Assembly: GCA_965240325.2 (NCBI GenBank)
Contig: OZ251235.1
Span: forward strand, 930,001 to 994,000
Direction: 5' to 3'
Source of the DNA: Rebecca billardiae RCC1528
Lineage: Eukaryota > Protista > Haptophyta
Length of the DNA: 64,000 nucleotides
Made by a program: the position numbers and the translations under genes. Below, piece by piece: positions 22,760 through 32,941 of the stretch; within the stretch, counting starts at the first letter, position 1; each line of letters begins with the position of its first letter. The notes under the pieces are model-generated. The model searched no databases. It saw nothing but the letters and a program-made list of their open reading frames with translations, and had not been told where the DNA came from.

Positions 22760-24481
22760 ATGGCGGAAGCCCACGCCCGCCGCCTCAAGAACGCGCTCGC
22801 GCGACGCAACGCAGGGACGCGCGGGGTAGAGGTGGTGATCAATTCGTACGCCGATCTCCTCGCACAGCACACTGACCTCCAGCGCCGGCACGCCGAGCTG
22901 CAGCAGGAGGCCTCCGTCCTGCGCCACGAGCGCTCTCAGCTCGCCCGCGACGTCAAGCTGCTGCACGAGAACGAAGCAAACCTCGGCGTGTCGTCGGAGC
23001 ACATCCAGCAGCTGCAGGACAAGGTCGCAGCGCTGCAGAACGAGATCAGCGTCGGCCAGCGTGAGCGAGCCGCTGCCGAGCAGGACGCAAAAGACGCTCG
23101 CGAGGCGGCGGACGCTGCGCGCGAGGCGCAGGCGGCAAGTGAGACAGCCAGGCAGGCTGCGGTCACGGACGCGCACGCAGCCCGCCAGGCGACCACGGAC
23201 GAGCGCGAGACGGTGCAGCTCGTTCGAGATGAGCTCAGCGCCACGCGGCGCATCGTCACCGAGCGCGAGGCGCGCGCGACGCAGCTCGAGGCGGAGAACG
23301 CGCAGCTTCTGGCGCGCTACCTCACGCTCGTGGACGCGCGCGCCGACGCGCTCAACTCCGACGTCGACCTGAGCGAGCAGCTCTCGGCTGCGCGCCGCCA
23401 GATCGAGGAGCTGGTTCGCGAGCGTGGGGCCGGCTCTTCCGGCCCGCCGGCGCCCTCGGCGCCCCTCGAAGGCCTGCGCGATGCCGATGCTGACGCCGCC
23501 GACGCTGCCACCGACCAACTGCCTGCGAGCGCGCCGCGCACGGCAAGCATCGTCCCGGCTGCTGCACAGCGCGTGCACAGCGCTCACGTGGGGGAGGCGA
23601 ACGCTGTGCTCTTCGTGCCCGACGGCAGCGCCGTGCTGAGTGGTGGCGCGGACATGCTCGTCGCGTGCACCGACGCCGCGACAGGCCGCGCGCGCGCGCA
23701 GCTGCGCGGCGCCACCTCCTCCGTCCTCGCGGTGAGCGCGTGCGCACACACGGAGCGCGTCTTGGGCGCGTGCCACGACGGCTCGGTGCGCGTGTGGCAG
23801 CTGGAGACAGGGCGCACGATGCACGTGCTCACGGGGCACACGGCGCGTTGCTTCTCCGCCGTCTTCGCGACCGACGCCAAGCTCGCCTTCTCCGGCGCGT
23901 ATGATCGCACTGTCCGCAGCTGGGACCTCGCGGGCGGCTTTGGCGTCGCCACGTTCGCGTGTGGCTCCAACTGCAACGGCGTCGACGTGTCGCGCGACGG
24001 CAGGCTGCTCGCGTCGGCGCACTGGGACCACGCGGTGCGGCTTTGGGACGCGCGCGCGCCCGGTCACGACCCGGCCGGGTGCGCGCGAGAGCTGGCGGGC
24101 CTGCACACGGCGCCTGTGACATGCGTCGTGCTCTCTCGCGACGGCAGCCAGCTGCTCACGTGCGCGCGGGACGACAGCCTCAAGCTGATCGACCTGCGCG
24201 GGACCGCGCACAGCGTGGTGCACACGCTCACGCACCGGGGCTTCTGCTGTGGCGCCGACTGGGCGCAGGCTTGCTTCTCACCCGACGGCCGGTACGCTGC
24301 GGCAGGCGGCGCCGATGGCTCGCTCTTTGTGTGGGAGCTCGCGCACGCGCGCGCGGTCGCCAGCCTGGCCACGCCGCACGCGGCCGGCGCGGCGACGGGG
24401 GTCGCGTGGGCTCCAGATGGGCGCACGCTCGCTTCCGCGCATAAGGACGGGAGCGTGATCATGTGGGCCGCGGAGAAGTGA
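22760..24481 (+). CDS. ATG16: Autophagy protein ATG16 (coiled coil + WD40)
   Basis: N-terminal helix, coiled coil ending LEAENAQLLARYL..ADALN; WD40 repeats incl. LTGH, SGAYDRTVRSWDL, SNCN, DWAQACFSPDGRYAAAGGADGSLFVW. Confidence 0.88.
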   Translation: MAEAHARRLKNALARRNAGTRGVEVVINSYADLLAQHTDLQRRHAELQQEASVLRHERSQLARDVKLLHENEANLGVSSEHIQQLQDKVAALQNEISVGQRERAAAEQDAKDAREAADAAREAQAASETARQAAVTDAHAARQATTDERETVQLVRDELSATRRIVTEREARATQLEAENAQLLARYLTLVDARADALNSDVDLSEQLSAARRQIEELVRERGAGSSGPPAPSAPLEGLRDADADAADAATDQLPASAPRTASIVPAAAQRVHSAHVGEANAVLFVPDGSAVLSGGADMLVACTDAATGRARAQLRGATSSVLAVSACAHTERVLGACHDGSVRVWQLETGRTMHVLTGHTARCFSAVFATDAKLAFSGAYDRTVRSWDLAGGFGVATFACGSNCNGVDVSRDGRLLASAHWDHAVRLWDARAPGHDPAGCARELAGLHTAPVTCVVLSRDGSQLLTCARDDSLKLIDLRGTAHSVVHTLTHRGFCCGADWAQACFSPDGRYAAAGGADGSLFVWELAHARAVASLATPHAAGAATGVAWAPDGRTLASAHKDGSVIMWAAEK

Positions 24482-25174
24482 TGATTCCGGTGCTGACGTC
24501 GTACTGGCGGTCACATATCGTGTGATGATGTGTATCATAAGCTAGACGCAGCTAGTGACAATGTGTATCAATCCGATATCAAACGCGACTCGATCTGCAT
24601 GAGCAGGCACGCGCAGCCGCGCCTGAGCCGGTCGGCGGCTCGACGACCCTGGCTGCGGGACGATAGTGATGATTCCACGGACACTAATTCAGAATAGCCG
24701 CTACTGCTGCAGTACGACTCCGAGTCCGGCCTGACCGGGACCGGGTAGCAACTAGCACTATCGCAGTCCGTTAGCTAGTGAACTACTAGTACTACTGATA
24801 CTTAGTAGCTACTAGTCATAATCATCGCGATTCTCGTCGAGATTCAGGCGCCATCGCCAGCCCGGTGGTGTATACCGGTAACACTGATGATGATGCTCAC
24901 TGCCGACCGGAAACGGATTTAATTATGAACAATTAATATTTAATTAATACCCGGGCCTGACGGACTGTTACTGCGGTCAACCGTCCGTCACTTGAACTCT
25001 ACGCATCTACAACTACCCCGCCACCCCGGGATGATTGAAGTTATTACTGGCCATCGCCACGGCTCTGGCAGCATGGGCAGTGCCCGTCGATATCCAAGAG
25101 GCCGATCGTCGCCGCTTGCCATACCGCGCTTAGCGGCTTAGCAACGCTGCAACGGTCCCGCTGACCGCAGAAAG

Positions 25175-25762
25175 TCAGAACGAGAAGCCCATGCCTGGTG
25201 AGGAGACCACCTCGGACCAGTACGAGGTGGTGAGCACAATCCAGGTGACCACCGTGGAGCGGCGCGCGAAGACAGGGTCACGTGTCTCGCGCGCGATGGC
25301 AGTCGCCTGCTCCCCGTACATGGCGTCGAACAGCACACGCATCGCCTGCAGCTGCTCCGGGTCGTCAGGAATGTCATCATCCATCCACGGCATCGTCCCG
25401 GACGCGTCGTCAAACGCATCGGGCCCGTTCGGGAACTCCGTGTGCCACGCAAGCGCGCGCTCGTCGTCAACCAGCGGCGTGAGCCCGTCATACCCCAGGA
25501 TCCGCCTCACCAGCTGGTTGACCTCAGCCTCCGAGCTCGACCCATCGAGCACGCCGCGGAGCGTGATGTACCGATCAAAGTCGCTCTCGTCCTCCAGCGG
25601 GTTTCTGCACACAGGGCGAGCGCGGCGCAATGCGCAGTGGCGCCGCAGTCCTCCACCACGAGCGCATCGCACGGGACGTCCGCCCGGCCCCGCCAGCAGC
25701 CACGCGGGCGTCGCCGCTAGGATGCACGCGAGGAGCGCGACGACAATTCGCCTGGCGGCCAT
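25175..25762 (-). CDS. Probable plastid-targeted protein, DUF1823-like
   Basis: Signal peptide plus Arg-rich transit; VLDG..EAEVNQLVRRILGY..W..EFPNGPD resembles a cyanobacterial DUF1823-type motif. Confidence 0.55.
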   Translation of the reverse strand: MAARRIVVALLACILAATPAWLLAGPGGRPVRCARGGGLRRHCALRRARPVCRNPLEDESDFDRYITLRGVLDGSSSEAEVNQLVRRILGYDGLTPLVDDERALAWHTEFPNGPDAFDDASGTMPWMDDDIPDDPEQLQAMRVLFDAMYGEQATAIARETRDPVFARRSTVVTWIVLTTSYWSEVVSSPGMGFSF

Positions 25763-25911
25763 CGGCCTCGGTCGCCGGACCTCTCAACGCCCTCAGAGCT
25801 CCGGACTGAAGAAGCCTCGCCGGCGCCGCCGGGATGCGCGGCCCCGGCGCTTCTGTTCCGCATTTGGCCGCCGCCGCCCGCGCCCAGCAGAAGCGCTTAC
25901 ACCGGCGCGCG

Positions 25912-28314
25912 ATGCTGGACGACGACGACGTTGATGACGAGGAGTTCGAGGAGTTCGACTCGGCGTCGGAAGGGACGCACCCAGCGGGCTCGCCTTCTGA
26001 CATGAGCGCCGAGCACCGCACGGCAGTCGACGCGCAGGACGCGGCAGATGCGCTGCTCCGTGAGGCGACCGAGTTGAACAAGGTGATTGGTGAGCGCGCA
26101 GACAGGCTTGCGGCGCTGCGCGCGCAGATACCCTGCGCGCCGACGGAGAAGGCCGCGACGCAGAGCGAGCACGAGATCCGCGAGCTCGTGGCCCAGCTCG
26201 AGCCCGTCGCCGTCTCCGGCGGCCAGGCCGCGCGCACACTCGCAGACCTGCGCGTGGAGCTGCGGCAGCTTCGTGCGGCGCGGCCAATGATCGCCGAGTG
26301 CGCGGCAGTGCGCGCGGAGATTCGCGCGCTGCGGACGCAGCTCGCGGACGTGCACACGCGCCTCGAGCGCGCGGAGGAGGCCATCGCCCCCAAGCCCGTG
26401 AGCACGCCACCCGCCTCCTCGCGGCTCGGCGTGCCGAGCGCTCAGGACATGCGCTCGCTCGTGGCCGGCTGGAAGCACGACGTGGCCGCGACGGCAGAGG
26501 CGCACAGCGCGGCGCTGCAGCGCGCCAACGCGCGCGCGCAGGCCGCGCGCGACGCGCGCGCCGCCGCCGAGGCGCGCAGCGCGGCGGACGTCCAGGCGCG
26601 AGCGCTGTATGAAGACGCGTGCGAGCGCGCGGCTGACGCCAGCTCCGAGTGGCGCGTGGCGGCGTCCTCGCCCGCGCGCGCTCGGGGTGCGGACGGCGCG
26701 TGGAGGTGGGCGGCGGCGGCGGAGGACGAGGATGGCAGCGTCAGCGTCGACGACGCGCTCGGCATGTGCGAGACCGCCATCGCCTTCCTCGAGCACGCGC
26801 GCGAGGACGGTGTTGGGTCGGCCGCGGCCTCCACGTCCACGCCCCGCCGCTCACGCGCGCGCGGCAGCCATGGCGGTGCGGGCGATGCGGGTGACGGCGG
26901 CGCGCAGGTGGAGACCCGCGCCGCGTACGTGTCCTCGCTCGCGCTGTGCCTCAACGCGCTGGGCATCTCGAACCACGTGCTGCTCTCCCCGCGAGCGTTT
27001 CTCGAGGACTCAGCGCACGCGCCGCTTAGCGCAGCTGCAGCGGCCGACAGCAGGACCGCCAGCGGCAGCCCGGCGCAGGACGGCGTGGCGGCGGGCGAGG
27101 AAGCGAGCGAGGCGGCGCTGCGCAATGGCGCGCGAGCCCAGGAGCCAGCCCCGTCTCGCGACCGGACCGGCCAATCGGCCAGCCCCGATGCGCGGCGCGG
27201 CGTGCACGACACACACTCGCCTGACCCGCGCGAGATCGAATCTCCCTCCCTCGAGATCGAATCTCCCGACAGGCCGGCCGCCGGCTGGCGGCGAGACGCC
27301 ATCCCGCCGGACCCTGCAGACGGGGGCGCGCGCGCGGCCGTGCTCACGGCGCTCTATCGCGCGCGAGATGCGCTCGAGAGCGCCCGCTCCGCCCCGCCAT
27401 TGCATTCAGTCACGGCCGATGCTGCCGACGCCACGGGAGCGGACGGGCCGTTCGGCCAATCGCCTGACCAGGCGGCCATGGCGCTGGCGGACGCAGAGCC
27501 GGATGTCTCGTCGGCGAGGCACACGCCGGCCAACGGCGTGAGCGGGTGTGCACGCCCGGTAGCTGCCGAGCACACGCCGGCGTGCGCGGAGCACGCGATC
27601 ACGCGCCCAGCGGTGGCCGAGGTGCGCGTGCACGCGAGCGCGAGCGCGGCGCAGAGTGATCCCAGCGCTCATGCCGTGAGCGCGGCCGACGGCGCTGGCG
27701 CGCCGACGCAGCGCTTGGCGCCACGTCGACTGGACAGCGCGCTTCTTCGCACGGGTACGGCGCGTGCCGAGGATGCTGCCGCCGAGGTGGCGGCGGCCCC
27801 GTCGACCGAGGCCATGCACCGGGCGCAGCAGCACTGGGAGCGCCGTGCGCGCGCGCACACGCTCTCCGGCTGGGAGCGCTGGCACATCAGCGGGCGCATT
27901 GACTCGCGGATGAAAGCTGCGAGGGGCCAGGGCGGGCAGCACAGCAGGATGAAGCGCGCGCTGCACCGCATGCACGCGTACGCGCGGCTGATGCACGTCT
28001 CGCACTCGCAGATGGACGCGTCCGAGCTGCTGCACCTGCTCGCCACCGTCACGAACACCTTCTCCAAGCTCGAGGTGCACGCGGCCACTCGGCGGCGGCG
28101 CAAGCGACTGCGCGAGGGCGGCGATGCGACGCCGCAGCCCGGCACACTCTCGAATAGGCTCCCGAGCCCAGTTGGCGTCGGGAGCAGCACGGGAAGCAGC
28201 TTCCGGGTTCGATACGGCTACCCGCCTGGCGTGCACGTCGAGGAGAACGGCTCGGAGGAAGACCATGACGGCATCGATGCTGATGCCCTTGCCGACGACG
28301 GGCTCATTGAGTAA
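25912..28314 (+). CDS. Coiled-coil / low-complexity protein, unknown function
   Basis: Long ORF with acidic N-terminus, heptad segments and coding-like GC3. Confidence 0.65.
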   Translation: MLDDDDVDDEEFEEFDSASEGTHPAGSPSDMSAEHRTAVDAQDAADALLREATELNKVIGERADRLAALRAQIPCAPTEKAATQSEHEIRELVAQLEPVAVSGGQAARTLADLRVELRQLRAARPMIAECAAVRAEIRALRTQLADVHTRLERAEEAIAPKPVSTPPASSRLGVPSAQDMRSLVAGWKHDVAATAEAHSAALQRANARAQAARDARAAAEARSAADVQARALYEDACERAADASSEWRVAASSPARARGADGAWRWAAAAEDEDGSVSVDDALGMCETAIAFLEHAREDGVGSAAASTSTPRRSRARGSHGGAGDAGDGGAQVETRAAYVSSLALCLNALGISNHVLLSPRAFLEDSAHAPLSAAAAADSRTASGSPAQDGVAAGEEASEAALRNGARAQEPAPSRDRTGQSASPDARRGVHDTHSPDPREIESPSLEIESPDRPAAGWRRDAIPPDPADGGARAAVLTALYRARDALESARSAPPLHSVTADAADATGADGPFGQSPDQAAMALADAEPDVSSARHTPANGVSGCARPVAAEHTPACAEHAITRPAVAEVRVHASASAAQSDPSAHAVSAADGAGAPTQRLAPRRLDSALLRTGTARAEDAAAEVAAAPSTEAMHRAQQHWERRARAHTLSGWERWHISGRIDSRMKAARGQGGQHSRMKRALHRMHAYARLMHVSHSQMDASELLHLLATVTNTFSKLEVHAATRRRRKRLREGGDATPQPGTLSNRLPSPVGVGSSTGSSFRVRYGYPPGVHVEENGSEEDHDGIDADALADDGLIE

Positions 28315-28345
28315 CTGTACGTATACAGTATAGTTAACTACTGAA

Positions 28346-28822
28346 GGCTCTGGCTTCGGTTGACCCCTGCCAGAGACGGGCACTGTGAGCTCCTTCATGA
28401 AGTCACTCGTGAAAACTGCACAGGAGGACCTCAATGGATGCCTAGATAGCAGTAGATGATGACTTCAGAGCGATATTGGGCCAACAAGCACTGCTTCCTC
28501 TATAGTTCAGACTCTATTTTCACTATGTATTTACCCATTTCAGACTCTGGTCAGAACACGGTCCGGGAGCGATCCGGATGCACCCGTAGCTATTGGAAAT
28601 ATGTCACCGGACTGGGTAAATAGCTATGAAAATAGAGTCTGAAGTAGTCACAAACTGAGTTTCACACCCTGGGCACTTATTGGCCATCCATAGATAGTAA
28701 CCCTACTTGGAGCCCTGTGGGACACTTCGGGCGTTCATTCGGCCGCAGGAATGCGAAGATCATTTTCGGTACGCCCGGTTTCTATGACCGGACTGGCAGG
28801 GGTCAACCGGAGCCAGAGCGCC
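28346..28822. mobile_element. MITE family M1, copy 2
   Basis: Reverse-complement homolog of 695-1201 over its whole length, same TIRs. Confidence 0.9.
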
Positions 28823-28841
28823 TGAAGTCTAAATGAATAAT

Positions 28842-28880
28842 CGTACGTACTACGTCGTACGTACGTACGTACGTACGTAC
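28842..28880. repeat. (GTAC)n microsatellite
   Basis: cgtacgtacgtacgtacgtac. Confidence 0.8.
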
Positions 28881-29079
28881 AGTATAGGTAACTCAGTAGC
28901 GGAGCGGGAGACGTCCGCGAGTTGCCGACCGTACTGAGACGTAGTACGTACTGTCTGAACTGGCCGAACTGCAATGCCGATACCGCCTGTACGTAGTATA
29001 TATAGAGTAGCAGTTATTATCTGATTCGCGCGAGTGCGACGCTGTAGTAAGTCTGATCAACGGTAGTGACGACGAGACT

Positions 29080-30558
29080 CTACTCGTCTCCGTCCCGTCG
29101 CTCTCTCCGTGACGTTCGGGCTGATGCTCGTCGTCGCCGCCGATCGATTGCCCAACGCCGAAGGTTGCTTGAGGACGATGCCACCGTTCGACTGTGCGAA
29201 AAGATGAGTGTGCGCACAATCAGGCGGGACCGCTCTGCTGGTCGTGGTGGTCCGTCAGCCAACGCCGATGCATTGGCGAGCCCTGCTGCTGGTTGCGGCG
29301 GTCCACTCCATGGCCGCAGCACAAGCTCGCACGCGCACCACGCTGTCGACGTAGTCCTCGTCCAGTTGGTCTCCTTCTCAATCCACACACCCAGCTGCTC
29401 GACCACGGTCACACGGCGGCGAGGCTTCCACTGCAGCGCGTTGTACACGCAGACGCCGGGCTCACCCCGTGAAGGCCAGGTCATCGCACCGCAGGTGCAC
29501 GCGCAGCCAACGCATTCGATGGCCACGACGCCCATCAGCGGTCGGTTGAGCTCATGCGAGAGCACCACGCCCACCGTCGCACTGCTTGTCCTTTTGATTG
29601 TGTCATGTGGCTCGTCGTTCCGAGCGACACAGAGCCCGATGCGCCCTGCCGGGTGGCGCACCTCGAGCCCAACCTTGGGCGTCAGATGCGCTGCCGGGCG
29701 CGCGACATCCTGCACTTGCGGCAGGAGTGTCGTGATCCCGCTGTCGCTGTCATCGTGCCACGGAGCCGTTCCGTAGTGTTTTGCGCTCATGTCCACCTGC
29801 TGCACGTGTGCCCCCGTCGTGAAGGCGCGCGTGAGCTGCTGGCCGATGTAGCATCTGTTCCCTGTTCCGACAACGGATGGATCGGTGCTCTGCGCGGCAG
29901 CCACCGGCACAGGCGCGCTTCTCGCCGCTGCTGCTGCCGCCGCCCATGCCGTCTGGTTCAAGAACATGCCAGCGAGCCACTCTGCGACAAGCGCATGACC
30001 GGCGCGGCTCAGGTGGACGTTGTCCCAGCCCAACAGGCCTTCAGGCATGCCTGGGGCGGTCGGATCGACCTCGAGCGTGCGCAGACCGTGCCTCGTGGCC
30101 ATGGCCTTCATCTTGGGGTGATGCTTGCTGCGTAAGTCCATCACCCGTCGCGGATTCTTTCTGTACTGCGGAAAGATTTGCAGCAGCACACCGTGCGCAC
30201 CAATCTTGTGCACACGCGCGAGGATGCGACCCAGGGCCTCGAACTCCTCAGCGATGGTGACCGAGCCATATGCAATATTGGGAAGGTACTCGACCACCAC
30301 GTACCGCGCCGTGGCGGGCAGCATGGACTCGACGCACATGCCCACAAAAACTGGGCCAGACGCTGGAAGGCACCGATTCAAATGCTGGCGCGTGCGCAGC
30401 CGCGCGGCCAGCTGATCGTGGAATGAGTCCCAAGAGCGCACGCCATGGCCGCATGTGTTTGATCCGCCCAGCGAGACGAGCTCCGCTGGCCCCACAGGAG
30501 TGGACAGGGCGGCTACGAGCAGTGTGCCAGGTAGCAGCCAGAGCGCGGCGGCCACCAT
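29080..30558 (-). CDS. Secreted SGNH/GDSL hydrolase-like protein
   Basis: Signal peptide; block I LGGSNTCG, VVEYLPN, block V DNVHLSRAGH. Confidence 0.75.
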   Translation of the reverse strand: MVAAALWLLPGTLLVAALSTPVGPAELVSLGGSNTCGHGVRSWDSFHDQLAARLRTRQHLNRCLPASGPVFVGMCVESMLPATARYVVVEYLPNIAYGSVTIAEEFEALGRILARVHKIGAHGVLLQIFPQYRKNPRRVMDLRSKHHPKMKAMATRHGLRTLEVDPTAPGMPEGLLGWDNVHLSRAGHALVAEWLAGMFLNQTAWAAAAAAARSAPVPVAAAQSTDPSVVGTGNRCYIGQQLTRAFTTGAHVQQVDMSAKHYGTAPWHDDSDSGITTLLPQVQDVARPAAHLTPKVGLEVRHPAGRIGLCVARNDEPHDTIKRTSSATVGVVLSHELNRPLMGVVAIECVGCACTCGAMTWPSRGEPGVCVYNALQWKPRRRVTVVEQLGVWIEKETNWTRTTSTAWCACELVLRPWSGPPQPAAGLANASALADGPPRPAERSRLIVRTLIFSHSRTVASSSSNLRRWAIDRRRRRASARTSRRERRDGDE

Positions 30559-30668
30559 CAAGCCCACCTTGCATCAAGTCCGGACGCTGGCTCCGTGGTG
30601 CAGAAAACGTTGGTCGTCTTCCGGCCGCCCGGTGTGCTCCTGGCGGGAAGACGAGACTGAACGTATTA

Positions 30669-31273
30669 TGGAGCGCTCGTTGGAACTTGACGCCGGTTTG
30701 GCGCCCGCGCGGCGAGGGCGACGACGGGCGTACACGGGGCCTGCGGCGGCGGGAAGCGCGCGGGCGCGGCCGAGAACGGAACGGTCCGGACGCCTCTCGC
30801 CAGCCGTGGACGCGCACCGCGCCTCCTCCTCGCACGCTGCTAACTTGATCCGGGTTAAACGGTGGTTTTGCTGCCGACCAGCTCAAGTTTCACGGCTGGT
30901 CAAGGTTCGGCTTGCGACCTCGCCGCTGGTGCTTGCAAGAAGGTACACGAGTTGGTCGAACTCCCACGCACCCGCTCTGCGCTCGTCGACGCCCTCTGAA
31001 GGTGACTCGGGGTGCATGCGGGGCAGTGGAATGCAGTGGTTCGGCGTTGCCTCTCAGTCGTCCAGCGCGCAGGCCATGTAGCGCGGGTGTGGTGCGCGCA
31101 TGGCCCGGTAATTCGGTCGCGGCATGTCTGTCTGGGCTGCCCAAGGCCTGCCGCACCGCGAAGCGAGCGCTCAGGAGCGTGTGCCGACCGTGCCAGCCCC
31201 GCCGAGATGGGGCACTTCGCTGGGAAATGCGGTGTCAAGTTCCACCACCGCTCAAGTTCCAACGAGCGCTCCA
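30669..31273. mobile_element. MITE family M2, Tc1/mariner-type (22-bp perfect TIR, TA TSD)
   Basis: ta|tggagcgctcgttggaacttga ... tcaagttccaacgagcgctcca|ta; internal tcaagtt sub-repeats. Confidence 0.85.
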
Positions 31274-31399
31274 TACATGCTGCGTATTACGTATCGGGAT
31301 GGCGGCGGTGACGGTCCAAACGGCAATATGATACAACTGACCACTGAAGGGAAACGGCAATACGTGCGTGCGGCATTGATGGCGGCTTGATAGTCTGCG

Positions 31400-32854
31400 C
31401 TAGCACGAGCGCAGCCACTGGGTGAGACGATCGAAGCGCGTGTCGATGGTGACATGCGCAAGCCTGGAGGCGTGAATGTCGCCCCTGGAGCCTGGCCGTG
31501 GGGCTGTCCGCGGCGCCGACTCAAGCTGCACGCTGTCGTGGGCGACCGCACGCCCCTTGGCTGCAGCCTGGAACAGCGCGTCGGTCACGACGAGCGCACC
31601 GTGGGCGTGCAGCCACTCCAGGACGCCCAGGTGGGCGCCGTAGGCCGCGCCGTATGCGGCATGCTCGGAGACCATCGCATCGCGCAAGTCCACGTGTCCA
31701 CGCTCGTTCAGCCAGCGAAGCGTGTCCGCCGAGCCCGCCCTGGCCGCCATCACGGTCGCGCGACGCCCGGGAGCTAACCCTGCCTCGTCGCACAGGAAGC
31801 GCAGGATATGCACATGGCCGCCCGACGCCGCAGCGGAGCACACCGTCGCGTCGCACGCGCAGCGCGCGTGCAGTAGCCGAAGGCAGCCCAGGTGCCCGCC
31901 TCTCGCCGCCTCTCGGCACGCTTTCATCTGGGGCTCAACCCCCACATCCGCCAGCAGCCATCGCAGAGTGTCCAGCTGACCGCCGCGCGCGGCGAACTCG
32001 CACGCGGCCGGTACGAAAGCGACGGCACCCCGTGCGCGCAGCCAGGCGAGGACTCTCCTCGCTCCATGCTGTGCTGCCCGCATCAGCAGCGGCGTGCGGA
32101 CAGCGGGCATGGCAGCCGACTCGAAGAGCCAGGCCAGTGCGCTCACTTGATCCGCTTCAGCCGCTGCTGCCGCCGCGCCGGCGCCGATCGGGCATGGCAC
32201 GTTCCCTCCCCGCAGGAACTCGAGCATGTCGACCGAGCCGTTCCGAGCCGCCGCCTCGCACGCGCGCTGATCGCGCGGGCAGCCCTTCGCGGAGAGCCAT
32301 GCGCACGCTGCCATGCTGCCTCCGGCGGCAGCAGCCTCGTAGACCCGCGGCGAGAGGATGACGCGCGCGCTGCGGAGGGTGCAGAGCCAGCGCAGCACGT
32401 GGACGTGGCCGCCGCGCGCCGCCTCGCACCATACTCCCTCGTCGACGGCACACCCCGCAAGTCCGTGGAGGTACTGGCAGGCGTCGAGGTGGCCGGCAGA
32501 CGCGGCCGCGTCGAGCGCCGTCGTATCTGGCAGCGAGCCGTACCGCTGCGCAAGCTCCTTCAGCATGGCCACATCCCCTAGGCGCGCTGCCGCGGCGCAC
32601 GCGGGCGCGCCGAGCGGCGCGCCAAGCTCAGACGCCCAAGCCACACGCGTGGGGGAGGCCACCACCCCCGCAAGGGTCGTCATATAGCACGGCGGCGTGC
32701 AGGGCGGCGGCGTGCGCGCCAGGATGGCCTCGTGCATTGCCCGGCTCACGAGCGCAACGGCGAACGCGTCATCCTCGTCGATGCGGTCGGTCACTAGGCG
32801 GAGAAGCTCCGGGCTCGCCATCATGAGCTCGATGGCGGGCACGGCCGCCGCCAT
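31400..32854 (-). CDS. Ankyrin-repeat protein with an F-box-like N-terminus (3' end uncertain)
   Basis: Many C..AA..GH/L..L.WL repeats; PELLRLV..AFAVALVSRAM. Confidence 0.85.
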   Translation of the reverse strand: MAAAVPAIELMMASPELLRLVTDRIDEDDAFAVALVSRAMHEAILARTPPPCTPPCYMTTLAGVVASPTRVAWASELGAPLGAPACAAAARLGDVAMLKELAQRYGSLPDTTALDAAASAGHLDACQYLHGLAGCAVDEGVWCEAARGGHVHVLRWLCTLRSARVILSPRVYEAAAAGGSMAACAWLSAKGCPRDQRACEAAARNGSVDMLEFLRGGNVPCPIGAGAAAAAAEADQVSALAWLFESAAMPAVRTPLLMRAAQHGARRVLAWLRARGAVAFVPAACEFAARGGQLDTLRWLLADVGVEPQMKACREAARGGHLGCLRLLHARCACDATVCSAAASGGHVHILRFLCDEAGLAPGRRATVMAARAGSADTLRWLNERGHVDLRDAMVSEHAAYGAAYGAHLGVLEWLHAHGALVVTDALFQAAAKGRAVAHDSVQLESAPRTAPRPGSRGDIHASRLAHVTIDTRFDRLTQWLRSC

Positions 32855-32941
32855 CGCCTCCGTCTCGTCGTACTGTATGTAGCCGGGGATTTCGCTCGTC
32901 GCTGTTCAGCTCAGGCACAGTAGTGAATCCGACGACGACCG

